Positions 17,686-27,073 of a DNA stretch of 46,077 nucleotides are shown one piece after another; position 1 is the first letter of the stretch; each line of letters begins with the position of its first letter. The stretch lies in NCBI GenBank assembly GCA_049423385.1, contig JBMSQQ010000015.1, positions 1-46,077 of the forward strand, in the 5' to 3' direction. The DNA is from Silvanigrellaceae bacterium. GTDB taxonomy: Bacteria > Bdellovibrionota_B > Oligoflexia > Silvanigrellales > Silvanigrellaceae. The notes under the pieces were generated by a model. That model searched no databases. It had not been told where the DNA came from and saw nothing but the letters and a program-made list of their open reading frames with translations. A program made the translations under genes and the position numbers.

Positions 17686-19929
17686 ATGTGCTCCGATTCC
17701 ACTTTAAAGTCTCCCTCGCTGCCGCCTCACTGGTGGCTGCAAAAGGTGCGGACAAAGTGGAATATCTTGCTCATTTTGTGCTGCACTCATCCTGAACCGG
17801 GCAAGGCTCAAAGTCAAAAGTCCCAAATTTGGCGGATTCCTGTTTCGCCCTTATTTAATGCAAATGATAATGAATTGGAGAGCGCCGCAATTCTTCGGCC
17901 AAACAGCAGCCGTTCCAGGGACTTCGACGAACTGCTCGACCCCCTTCAGGGCGATGAGATTTCACCCGCTGAAAAGCGATTGCCGGCCGAGACAATTCGC
18001 AATTTGTCCACCACAGGCGATCTGCTGAGCCGCATGGGATTGCTTGGAGCCGGCAAGGAATCTGGACGATGGGGTGGTGGTCGTTTGTCTCTGCGGGGCC
18101 ACCCCGGTGACGAGCCCGTCGTGTCATTGGGTGGTGTTCTTTTGAGTTCCGGGTTCTCGGGCGCTCATGCCGAAGACCTCGTTCCTCCCATCGCGATTGA
18201 ACGACTGAGGGCGTATCCTTTTTTTCCAGCGCTGAATTTGCCTCAGATGAGCGTTTCTGGTGGCTACGACATTGAACTTGTGCGTGAGCGTCAGGATGCG
18301 GGTCGAGAAACTTTTCTCAAGTTGGAATTACCGGCGGCGTATCACCTGGCAAATCGGACAGAAAAGTCTTGTTCGGAAGCAGAATGTCTTCAAATTTCCT
18401 GGGCGGGGAGTTTTTTTCGGGGAACGTCGGAAGTTCTCGACGATCGAAACACACCTCAGGATCCGCGCGATGACACAACTCAAACGATCAATGACCGTGA
18501 CCTGAGTCGATTGTCGGCCGTTGCGCAATATTTTTCCGAGAGCGGCAATGGCACCCGATGGGATTCCACATTTTTGCTTGGGGCAGAGTCGCGTTCCACT
18601 TCGGGCTTGCCTCTTTCGAGTGCTTCTGAGTTCAACAGATTGAAACGTCGCCTGGTTTTCGTTTCGCAAAAGTACTCACATTTTTCCCCGAGCGATGGTT
18701 TGAAAGCGACGGTTCGCTTTGCAGGAAGACAGGAATCTGCTCACCATGAGCAAGACCTGATGAACAATTCAGGACAAATTCGTGCAGACCAACGGGATGA
18801 GAAATTCATCTCCGCTCAGGGCAATCTGATGATTCCCCTCGGTTCAGGCGGACACGATGAACGCGTACTGTTGCACACCTCACTGGAGGCCAATTCGTTT
18901 GGCAGCGAAGTCAATGTGGCCCGGAAATTGTTGGATCACGCAAATACGAATGACGACAATTTCCGCAGTACAGTGACCAATGGCCACCTGTACAGTCTGA
19001 CTGCGGGGGCGGGATTTGGCATGGCGCTGGGAGGCACGGATTCACTCAAATCATTGCTGAATTTATATTCCAACAGGTTTTCCGTTGAACGAGTATGTGG
19101 TGTTTTTTCACCGCAGGTTTTGTGCTCGGAAAGCAAGAACGAAGCCTCGGGAAATTCTGTTGGCGGCAATTTGGAGTGGAAGCGGACCATTGGCAGGGAC
19201 GCCTTGATTTATGCACTTGCCGGACAATTGCATCGTCTTCCAAGACCACTCGAGGTGGCAGGTCGGTCCGATGGCGTCGTTGCCAATCCAGAACTCAAGT
19301 CCGAGTCGACGCTGGCGACGGAGTTGGGATTGGAGAGTCGATGGGGGAGGTTGAGCTTCTTTTTTGCACGCGACCAAAACCTGATTTCCGCGCAACAGGT
19401 CAGTCCATTTCTTTTGCGATATGACAACACGGCAAGCGTTCAGCGCGCTGGAGTGGGTGTTGATTCGCGAGTTCAGGTCTTCGGTTTTGATGTTTCAGCC
19501 GATGCCGAGTGGTTGCAGGTGCGTATTTTGAAGGGTCAGTCAGGTCAGCGGGTGCTGCCATTTGTCGCGGCAAGTCGATGGTCGACTGCCGTGGAAAGAA
19601 ACTTTGTTCTTTTGCCTTCCATCGGGGCCTGGAGCGGACGCTTCTTGTCTGAAATCAGGTATGACGAGAGTGGTTCCTACTGGCTGGACTTTCAGGGCGT
19701 CAGTCGACTCAAGCCACCTGGCTTGGTTGCACTCGCCATCGGCTCTCCCTTTCGGGTCGCAAATAGCCAGTTGGAAACCCGTTTCGCTGTTCGAAACCTT
19801 TTTGATGAACCTGCGTCCCGATTGGGACTTGCTGGTCAGCCCGAGAGACGAGTGCCATGGAGTTTGTCCCCCGTCCTCCCCATCGAAAGGCGGACATTTG
19901 AGGTCGGATTCCGCTTGCTTGACCCTTGA
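17686..19929 (+). CDS. Divergent TonB-dependent receptor-like outer-membrane protein
   Basis: Plug-like LSLRG...VSLGGVLL...IERL, amphipathic beta-strands, RLPRPLEV, ANPELKSE (cf. GNPxLKPE), VRNLFD, terminal RTFEVGFRL. GAGAGG RBS before ATG 17686. Confidence 0.75.
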   Translation: MCSDSTLKSPSLPPHWWLQKVRTKWNILLILCCTHPEPGKAQSQKSQIWRIPVSPLFNANDNELESAAILRPNSSRSRDFDELLDPLQGDEISPAEKRLPAETIRNLSTTGDLLSRMGLLGAGKESGRWGGGRLSLRGHPGDEPVVSLGGVLLSSGFSGAHAEDLVPPIAIERLRAYPFFPALNLPQMSVSGGYDIELVRERQDAGRETFLKLELPAAYHLANRTEKSCSEAECLQISWAGSFFRGTSEVLDDRNTPQDPRDDTTQTINDRDLSRLSAVAQYFSESGNGTRWDSTFLLGAESRSTSGLPLSSASEFNRLKRRLVFVSQKYSHFSPSDGLKATVRFAGRQESAHHEQDLMNNSGQIRADQRDEKFISAQGNLMIPLGSGGHDERVLLHTSLEANSFGSEVNVARKLLDHANTNDDNFRSTVTNGHLYSLTAGAGFGMALGGTDSLKSLLNLYSNRFSVERVCGVFSPQVLCSESKNEASGNSVGGNLEWKRTIGRDALIYALAGQLHRLPRPLEVAGRSDGVVANPELKSESTLATELGLESRWGRLSFFFARDQNLISAQQVSPFLLRYDNTASVQRAGVGVDSRVQVFGFDVSADAEWLQVRILKGQSGQRVLPFVAASRWSTAVERNFVLLPSIGAWSGRFLSEIRYDESGSYWLDFQGVSRLKPPGLVALAIGSPFRVANSQLETRFAVRNLFDEPASRLGLAGQPERRVPWSLSPVLPIERRTFEVGFRLLDP
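19717..19749 (+). repeat. 33-bp imperfect inverted repeat, copy 2 (encodes PGLVALAIGSP)
   Basis: CCTGGCTTGGTTGCACTCGCCATCGGCTCTCCC; matches the reverse complement of 17504-17536 at 28/33. Confidence 0.7.
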
Positions 19930-19989
19930 AATTCGAGGTATTCCAGCACTCCGTGCAGCCCCGAATGGACGGGCAGAGGAAGTCGCTCC

Positions 19990-21201
19990 ATGAGAAAATC
20001 AGTCTTTCCGCTACTTACGCTTTTGATTTTCTTTTTCACCGGCTGCTCGTCCGCAGAGCGGTCCGGGAATTTGGGCGATTTCTGCGGAGGGGCGACTGGC
20101 AATGCAAGGGTGGCTGGCTTGGCCTGGCTGGCAGGTTCTCCAACTCAAGCAAATGGCTTGTGCTCAATTGATTCAGACGGCAAGGCGAGCTTGAGTTTCA
20201 GTTTGGATCCCGAGAGTCGGGACCCGCTCCTTTTCCGCGACAACGCGACATCAGTTCAAATTCTTGTGGAGCGTTTTGCCGGCCGCCAGGCAAGACCCTC
20301 GCGTATCACCTGGTTTTCTGGCACCAGCGAAAAATTGGGGCAACGAGGAGATTGGCCTCGAAATGTTTATGGGATTAATTTGTTGAGTGCATCCGAGGCT
20401 GTCGTTACTGGATTTGATCATGCCGAAATTCAAATTGTGAATTGGCAGTCCAACGTTTTTGCTTCGCCCGCAGCCCTCGTTTCCCCGGTGTCCCAGGAGG
20501 TTGTGATTCATCCAATCCAAACCCTGTTTTCCAACGATTGGTTTGCGGCCATCGACAATGGGTATGATCTTGTTCAGTATGCTGCGAAAGAATCCAGGGC
20601 ATTTGTCGTCGATAAAATCAAACAACGGCAACCGCCTGTCATGGACGTTGTGATTGCCGACAAACTCACTGGGGGAGTTTGTTTGAATGCATTTCAAAGT
20701 CTTTCAGTGTCTCCCTCATCGGTTCTCTTGAGTTGCAATCCACAATATTTCGGAGCCGCCGCGGGCAATCGTGTGTCCTTGTTTTTGGTCGAGTTGAATT
20801 CCGAAGGGCAAATTTCGTCTCGTGAGCTGGTGCATTTTGATGGGGATGAAATTCAGCGGATTGACCTCTGGGGTTTGGATGAAACTTCTGGAAAGGTTTT
20901 TCTCGGATACAAAAAAACAGCAATCAATGATTTTGAAGGTGTTGTGGTTCAATCTGGCTGGCTTGATTTGCGCACTGGCAGCTGGCTGCCCGAAGCAAGG
21001 TTTGCGGGTCCGTTGCAGCATTTGGCGAACGGGAATGGAACTGTTGTATTCTGCCAGGCCGATGCAACGCATTGTTCGAAGAGTCAGTTTGCGTTTATTG
21101 GCGGCAGCTCGCCCACAACGGATGCCTCAAGCGTTATTCGCCTCGAGTTGAATCCCTCACTTCCGTTTTTGTCATTTGCGCATGAATTGAGAAGCAAATG
21201 A
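19990..21201 (+). CDS. Lipoprotein, beta-rich (possible beta-propeller partner of the receptor)
   Basis: MRK + hydrophobic core + FFTGC lipobox; GAGGA RBS; several paired Cys. Confidence 0.75.
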   Translation: MRKSVFPLLTLLIFFFTGCSSAERSGNLGDFCGGATGNARVAGLAWLAGSPTQANGLCSIDSDGKASLSFSLDPESRDPLLFRDNATSVQILVERFAGRQARPSRITWFSGTSEKLGQRGDWPRNVYGINLLSASEAVVTGFDHAEIQIVNWQSNVFASPAALVSPVSQEVVIHPIQTLFSNDWFAAIDNGYDLVQYAAKESRAFVVDKIKQRQPPVMDVVIADKLTGGVCLNAFQSLSVSPSSVLLSCNPQYFGAAAGNRVSLFLVELNSEGQISSRELVHFDGDEIQRIDLWGLDETSGKVFLGYKKTAINDFEGVVVQSGWLDLRTGSWLPEARFAGPLQHLANGNGTVVFCQADATHCSKSQFAFIGGSSPTTDASSVIRLELNPSLPFLSFAHELRSK

Positions 21202-21938
21202 GATTCGGTTCTTTCCCGATCTTCACTGCGCTCGCTGTTTCCCTTTCCGTTCATGCGACTTTTCTTTTGTCAGTCGGATTGACTGACTCTTCGTCACGTC
21301 TCCCGATTCAGACGGGCCAATCCCAACGGGTGGTGGTGAAATTGGCAAACAAGCAGAGGGAATCCGATTCAAAAACCACGCCAGCCGCTCGTTCAAACTC
21401 CAAAAAATCAACATCCTTGCCGCCTTTGAACAGAACATCTGAGCGACGAGCAAGCGATGAAAAACACTTGATTGATGGTGAACAGCCGACGCCGGAGTCA
21501 ATTCACAACGGGTCCGACAGTGACTTCTCGGGCATTGTGTCCGAAAAGACGCAATCCGAAACGGAAATTGACGCTGTGTTGAAAGGAGTCGTGCAAAAAC
21601 TGGCTGCGCCATGTCGATCGATATCCCTTCCTTTGCATTGGATACGCCTCAAGGAATTTTGGCCGCGGAGATACCGCGCAGAATTCGAGTTTCGTGGAGT
21701 CCAGAAAGACAATCCCATCAAACTCACCCGACTGGTCCCCGAGGCCGAGGTATACCAGGCTCTGGACGATAGGATTTTCAAAAGCTTTTCATCCTGCCTG
21801 AATGAACAGTTCTCAAAGCAGGACTCCGGAACATTGGTTTTGAATGGAATTTTGACTCCGGAACATGGCGAGGCATACTCGGTACTCATGGAATTCAGCC
21901 CTGGCGACACACAAGTCGCTTCCCAACAAGGAATTTGA
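21198..21938 (+). CDS. TonB/TolA-like energy transducer (putative)
   Basis: N-terminal TM with SLSVHATF (SxxxH motif), then a low-complexity Ser/Pro/Lys linker and a small C-terminal domain; ATGA overlap with the upstream gene. Confidence 0.6.
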   Translation: MRFGSFPIFTALAVSLSVHATFLLSVGLTDSSSRLPIQTGQSQRVVVKLANKQRESDSKTTPAARSNSKKSTSLPPLNRTSERRASDEKHLIDGEQPTPESIHNGSDSDFSGIVSEKTQSETEIDAVLKGVVQKLAAPCRSISLPLHWIRLKEFWPRRYRAEFEFRGVQKDNPIKLTRLVPEAEVYQALDDRIFKSFSSCLNEQFSKQDSGTLVLNGILTPEHGEAYSVLMEFSPGDTQVASQQGI

Positions 21939-21941
21939 AGC

Positions 21942-23462
21942 ATGACAAGTCTCATCGACAGCGAGACCACACCTCTGACGCAAACAGCTCTTGAGATGCA
22001 GAATTGTTCGGTTTTCGTCGTCGGCGACCTTGTTCTCGATTGCTATATCCAGGGCAGCGTTTCGCGGTTGTCGCCAGAGGCTCCGGTTCCGGTGGTTCTT
22101 GAAGGCGAGCGTCGATATGTGCTGGGTGGCGCTGCCAACGTTGCTGCCAACATCGCTTCGCTTGGAGCGCGTGCTGTTCTCTGCGGTCGTGTTGGACGCG
22201 ATGCTGATGGTTCGCTTTTTCGGGACCTTTGTCATGAGCTTTCCATAGAGACGCAAGCGCTTCTGGAGTCCGATGTCTTGCCGACAATCAGAAAGACGAG
22301 AATCCTGGCAGGTTATCAGCAGCTGGTCAGAATCGATCGCGAAAAAAATGCTCCTTTGACATCCTCCGATGAGCAGAGGGTGATTCTGCAGTTTGAAAGA
22401 TTCATTGCTGCTGAAGGCAAGAAGGCGTTGGTTCTCTCAGATTATGGCAAGGGTGTTCTGGGGCATCATCTTTGCCGGAAATTGATCGAAATAGCAGGTC
22501 AGAATGGAATTCCGGTTGTGACGGATCCCAAATCGAACGATCTTTCGCGTTACCACGGGACGACGCTCATCAAACCAAACCTCAAGGAAGGCAGAGAACT
22601 TCTCCGCAGCTGGGAGCCCGGACTTTCAGTTCATCACCTCGAAGAGGAAGTCGACGTCATTTGCGATACCGTCTGCAAGCTTTCAGGTGCGGGCGCAGTT
22701 GTTTTGAGTTTGTCGGAACATGGCGTTGCGCTCAAGGATGCGAATCAAAAGCAAACACAGAGATTTGCGTCCCGTGCATTGCAGGTCGCTGATGTCTCGG
22801 GCGCAGGTGACACGATGGTTGCATTTTTGGCCATGGCCGTGGCTGCGGGAGCTTCCTTTGCAGCGGCCACTGAAATTGCAAATGCGGGTGCGGCGTTGGT
22901 TTGTGCCAAACTTGGAACGGCCACTTTGACGATGACTGAGCTTCTTCAGGCACTGACCTCTTTCACGTCTCAAAAATCCATCAGGCCATCACCCAAGGTT
23001 TTGTCCCAGGATTCTCTGGCGGCGTTGGCTCAAACACTTCACCGGAACGGTAGAAAAATTGTTTTCACAAATGGCTGTTTCGATCTTCTCCACATGGGGC
23101 ATGTGGATATTCTTGAGCGTTCGCGTGGCTTGGGTGACGTTCTGGTTGTTGGTCTCAACTCAGATGCTTCCATTCGCCGGCTCAAGGGACCTGATCGTCC
23201 GGTTCAGACGTTTGAAAGCCGTGCACGTGTTCTCGCCGGACTTGCGGCGGTGGATTTTGTCGTTGGATTTGAGGATGACACGCCTGTCGAGCTGATTAGA
23301 ACCTTGGCTCCCCATGTGCTTGTGAAAGGCGGAGATTACACCCCGGCTGGAGTTGTTGGTGCGGAGTTGGTGACGGCTGCCGGCGGGCGGGTCGAAATTT
23401 TGCCGCTGGTTGCCGGGCACAGCACGACTGGTCTTGTCGACAAGGCACGCACCCGCAGTTGA
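21942..23462 (+). CDS. hldE: Bifunctional heptose-7-phosphate kinase / heptose-1-phosphate adenylyltransferase
   Basis: RLSPEAPVPVV, GGAANVAANI, SDYGKG, DVSGAGDT; then FTNGCFDLLHMGH, GLNSDASIRRLKGPDRP, KGGDY, HSTT. Confidence 0.96.
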   Translation: MTSLIDSETTPLTQTALEMQNCSVFVVGDLVLDCYIQGSVSRLSPEAPVPVVLEGERRYVLGGAANVAANIASLGARAVLCGRVGRDADGSLFRDLCHELSIETQALLESDVLPTIRKTRILAGYQQLVRIDREKNAPLTSSDEQRVILQFERFIAAEGKKALVLSDYGKGVLGHHLCRKLIEIAGQNGIPVVTDPKSNDLSRYHGTTLIKPNLKEGRELLRSWEPGLSVHHLEEEVDVICDTVCKLSGAGAVVLSLSEHGVALKDANQKQTQRFASRALQVADVSGAGDTMVAFLAMAVAAGASFAAATEIANAGAALVCAKLGTATLTMTELLQALTSFTSQKSIRPSPKVLSQDSLAALAQTLHRNGRKIVFTNGCFDLLHMGHVDILERSRGLGDVLVVGLNSDASIRRLKGPDRPVQTFESRARVLAGLAAVDFVVGFEDDTPVELIRTLAPHVLVKGGDYTPAGVVGAELVTAAGGRVEILPLVAGHSTTGLVDKARTRS

Positions 23463-23472
23463 TTCTGGCCTT

Positions 23473-24930
23473 TCAAACAAAATCGTGGGGCATGTAGTCT
23501 CGGGTGCTGCGAAAGCTGAAATTGGGAGAATAATTGATCAGGTTCGTCAAGCGGCTCGTGTAGAGGCAGGCGTAGTTTTCCACCTGGGCGGCGAACCTGG
23601 AATTCTGGTGCCCCGTTTTCATCAGCTGTCCCCAGATGGGATGAAAATTCTGATGATATTTACGCATGCTCCGCCTGAGCGATTCACGGGTTGTGTCCCG
23701 CTTTCCCGAAATGGATTCGATGGATGTCCTGAGTTGCTCCAACCGTTCGTTCTTGGCGCTGCGGGGTTTGTCTGCTGAGGACGATTCAAGATTATCCATC
23801 TCGATTTGCATTCTCTGGAACTCGTCGTCCAGATCATCCTTGAGTTCCAGAAGTTCCTCATAGCGTCTGAATTCGTCCTTGAATTTTGTCAGGGTCCCGA
23901 GCTCAGCCTCGAGCTCATTGATGACCAGCATGGTTCGCCAGCCAAGTTCTTTTTTACTGCGCAAAATATCGCCGTAGATATGGTCACCGACGTAGAGGAT
24001 TTCAGGACCCGAACGGATTCCCAATCGCTCGTGCAATTGCTTGAAATTGCCGCCTTGAAAGATCTTCGATTCGGTGTTGCGGATGTCATCCAGGTTTTTA
24101 AGAAGTCCGGAATGAGGGTCAACCTCATACAGTGGATTCAGCGACATGAAAAAAGAAGGTTTTGCAGCTCCAGTGACGACAACATCGAAATATTCGAGCC
24201 AATCCATGCTCAATTTTCGAGACTCATTGCCAAAGATGTAGTTCATGACGACATGTGTGTAATCCCAGAGACTGTTCGTCACGATGAAAACCTTGCGTCC
24301 CGACTGGCGAAAACGATTGAGGGTCTCCTTCAGGAGAGGGTCTCGTTGAATGTATTTCGACGGTTCGCTCGCCACTTTGAGTTTGATGCTTCCATCCCGA
24401 TGGCAAAGGTCTATCGAGTTTCTGACATCACGATAGATTTCCAAAGGTGATTTCGTGATCCGCGTGGGGCGCTGTGATTTGAGATCAATCAATTGCGCAA
24501 AGAGATATGCATCAGCCAAAGTGAACAAGGTGTCTATAAGCGCATAATCCGGTTCTTCATAAGATTGCATCAACGATGCGTCATAAAGTGCGCGACGTTC
24601 CTCGCGAGCCAATTCCTTGAAGCCATGATAGGCCACCTTCACATAGCGATGACGGTCAAGCTTGATGATGTTGCCACGCTGTTTGTCGATTGCCAGGCCC
24701 CGGATCATGTGATCGATATCGAATTTCCATTCGAGAATATCTTCAGGATAGCCAACGTTAACCAGTTTTTTAAGGGTCTCATTATAGGCCAGGACTTCGA
24801 AGGCCTCAGGTTTGTACAACGCAAGCGTGTAATCCATGTCGAACCCAACGGCCCGAATGTTACGCATGTTCAGCGAGCGGTTGCAATAAATTCTACGTGC
24901 TGCCTCGATGTCTGAAACTGAAATATGCAT
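23473..24930 (-). CDS. HAD-IG family cN-II-type 5'-nucleotidase
   Basis: IYCNRSLNM, GFDMDYTLA, IDTLFTL, VTNS, AAKPSFF, LYVGDHIYGDIL, WRTML, ACLYTSRLTN. Likely start is ATG 24930. Confidence 0.93.
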   Translation of the reverse strand: MHISVSDIEAARRIYCNRSLNMRNIRAVGFDMDYTLALYKPEAFEVLAYNETLKKLVNVGYPEDILEWKFDIDHMIRGLAIDKQRGNIIKLDRHRYVKVAYHGFKELAREERRALYDASLMQSYEEPDYALIDTLFTLADAYLFAQLIDLKSQRPTRITKSPLEIYRDVRNSIDLCHRDGSIKLKVASEPSKYIQRDPLLKETLNRFRQSGRKVFIVTNSLWDYTHVVMNYIFGNESRKLSMDWLEYFDVVVTGAAKPSFFMSLNPLYEVDPHSGLLKNLDDIRNTESKIFQGGNFKQLHERLGIRSGPEILYVGDHIYGDILRSKKELGWRTMLVINELEAELGTLTKFKDEFRRYEELLELKDDLDDEFQRMQIEMDNLESSSADKPRSAKNERLEQLRTSIESISGKRDTTRESLRRSMRKYHQNFHPIWGQLMKTGHQNSRFAAQVENYACLYTSRLTNLINYSPNFSFRSTRDYMPHDFV

Positions 24931-24943
24931 ATTTTTTTCCGGT

Positions 24944-25546
24944 TCAGGATTGACGAATAAACTGCACACCCACTTGATAGAAGTGGTGTCCATTCTCTTC
25001 AAAAATCTGTTTGACGTATACGACTCGCCCCTGTCTGACCAATTCGGCGCTGCCCTTTGCTTTAATCGTCATGTTCGAGAAAACGCGTCCGGTTTGCATC
25101 AACTTGGTTGGGATACGGCCCCTGAAGCTGAGTCCTCCGGTCGACAAATCGTACAATCTTCGTCTGAGGATTGTCCCTGAGTCGAAAGGGTGGGTGATGA
25201 GTACAATCGCTTCTTCACTGTTGGAAAAAACCTTTCGATCATCAGCTCTTGATTGCGGGAGCAAACTGATGTGATGCATCGGGAAGCGAATGTCTGTGCC
25301 GTGTGCAAACAAGGCCGCACTCATGAGTTGAAAATCCCGACAAATAAGCGAGAACTCGGTGCTGCTCACCACGTCAGGCAAGACGTCCACGGGAATCGGA
25401 TTCTTGAAAACAACGGACTCATCGATGATTCCGACTGGGGTGCAGAGGAAAGAAACCGACCTGCCACGAGGATTCAGAATCAACGGTTGTTTTTTTTCAA
25501 CGAGATCCGCGAAAACCTTTTCAAATTCATTTTTGGATACAATCAT
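24944..25546 (-). CDS. PilZ-domain (c-di-GMP-binding) protein
   Basis: RADDR (RxxxR) and DLSTGGLSF (DxSxxG); GRVVYVK; GVQF. Confidence 0.85.
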   Translation of the reverse strand: MIVSKNEFEKVFADLVEKKQPLILNPRGRSVSFLCTPVGIIDESVVFKNPIPVDVLPDVVSSTEFSLICRDFQLMSAALFAHGTDIRFPMHHISLLPQSRADDRKVFSNSEEAIVLITHPFDSGTILRRRLYDLSTGGLSFRGRIPTKLMQTGRVFSNMTIKAKGSAELVRQGRVVYVKQIFEENGHHFYQVGVQFIRQS

Positions 25547-25548
25547 GG

Positions 25549-26961
25549 TCAGTTTTCCTCGGCAGCAAGAGTATCGTTGAATCTGTCGAGACGTCGCAGT
25601 ACGGGTCTTGTGAGTGGCCAGCTGTAGGTGAATCCGCCATTGAAACCTATTTTTGATCCTGAAAAATCACTGAGAGTCGATTGTGTTGATTCGAAGTTCA
25701 AATTGAAAACAAAGCGCCAATTGCGCGACATATCAAGATACGCCTGACCACCGCTTCCGATGATGCTGTCGGTGCGCTTGACCAAGGTTGCAGAACCATC
25801 CGTGATGTTGTTGATCTTGATTCGCTGAATGATGAAGTCTTCCCTGTCCAGACGCAAATAGGGTTGCAGACGGATGTTCCAGGCGATCGGAAAATCCATT
25901 GAAAAGCGGGCCCCCAGTCGCGAAGAATCATTTTGAATCGAAGCCGATTTTTTATTCAACCAGTTCAGGGTCACGTTCGCTGTCGAGGCAATCCTTGTCA
26001 AATAAAACAGATTGTCCTGGATGGCGCTAAAAAATATCCCTCTTCCTGCCTGGCGAACAGACCAGGTGGTGAAGGAGTTGCGGGGATCTTCCTTGTTGAT
26101 CTCTGTCCGCAGCGGGGAATATAGCGTCGCAATATAAGTTCCGGGAATTCGCCATTGAAACCATGGCACCAGCTGCTCAACATTGCGAACGCTGTCAGAA
26201 ACCTCATTGGGCGCGCCCAAAAAGTTCTGACTGGAGCCAACTCTCTCGAAGTCGAGCATGGCATGAACGCCAAACTGCCAGGGAGTTGCTGAATATCTGA
26301 TTTCACTGGCGAGCTCGTGCGAACGCAGCATGTCCCTGGTCGGGAAGATGAAGTCGGCAGATTTGAATGTTTTGAACCACTGACCAAATTTCGCAAGTTG
26401 ATCCTCGTTGGTCCGCAAGTTCTGCGTGTACCGGTAATGAGTCACGAATGAAACATTGTTTCGCTTGATGGGACCCCAGCCCGCGGCACCGTTCAGGATC
26501 AGCGCCCAGCGCGGTTCCTCGATTGTTTTCTGGCAAGCATTGTTGCACTCGGCAACTCCAGGGTTTGTTCGGGAAATACTTTCATATCCCCAAATCGCAC
26601 CTGTCGAGCCGAACCAGTTTTTCGTTCCTGAAAAATCATCCCTTGGTTTGAGATGAGGTGGTGCTGCCGCAGGTTGGCCGTATGGGTTTTGATTCCGTGC
26701 GCCACCCGGAGTTGGATTGAATACTGCAGGCGGCGGAGCGGGCGGAACGATCACGTTCGGCTGCTGTACCGGATAAGGTGGAGGAGCGGGCGGCCACGGC
26801 TGCCTTTGAGGTTGTGATTGTGGAGGATATGAATTTCGGGGCGCTGGCCTGATTTGCCGGGATGATTGAGCAAAGCTGGTGCTGCTTGTTGCGGATGCAA
26901 CAAAAACACAACACAGCGCTGTCCTCGAATGGCAGAACATCAACGTCAGAGAATTCTCCAA
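25549..26961 (-). CDS. Secreted protein, probable outer-membrane beta-barrel with a Pro/Gln-rich N-terminus
   Basis: Signal peptide ending SFA|Q, PPAPPP-rich linker, alternating aromatic beta-strands ending GFNGGFTYSW. Confidence 0.7.
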   Translation of the reverse strand: MENSLTLMFCHSRTALCCVFVASATSSTSFAQSSRQIRPAPRNSYPPQSQPQRQPWPPAPPPYPVQQPNVIVPPAPPPAVFNPTPGGARNQNPYGQPAAAPPHLKPRDDFSGTKNWFGSTGAIWGYESISRTNPGVAECNNACQKTIEEPRWALILNGAAGWGPIKRNNVSFVTHYRYTQNLRTNEDQLAKFGQWFKTFKSADFIFPTRDMLRSHELASEIRYSATPWQFGVHAMLDFERVGSSQNFLGAPNEVSDSVRNVEQLVPWFQWRIPGTYIATLYSPLRTEINKEDPRNSFTTWSVRQAGRGIFFSAIQDNLFYLTRIASTANVTLNWLNKKSASIQNDSSRLGARFSMDFPIAWNIRLQPYLRLDREDFIIQRIKINNITDGSATLVKRTDSIIGSGGQAYLDMSRNWRFVFNLNFESTQSTLSDFSGSKIGFNGGFTYSWPLTRPVLRRLDRFNDTLAAEEN

Positions 26962-27073
26962 TTTAAGATTTCTTCAATCAACTCGCCTATGCTAACCCCG
27001 ATTTGGAAGAAGTGAAACACGACACCACGGCTTCTGCACCTATTCGCAGCGAAGGGATCCCAAGGGAGGCTCC

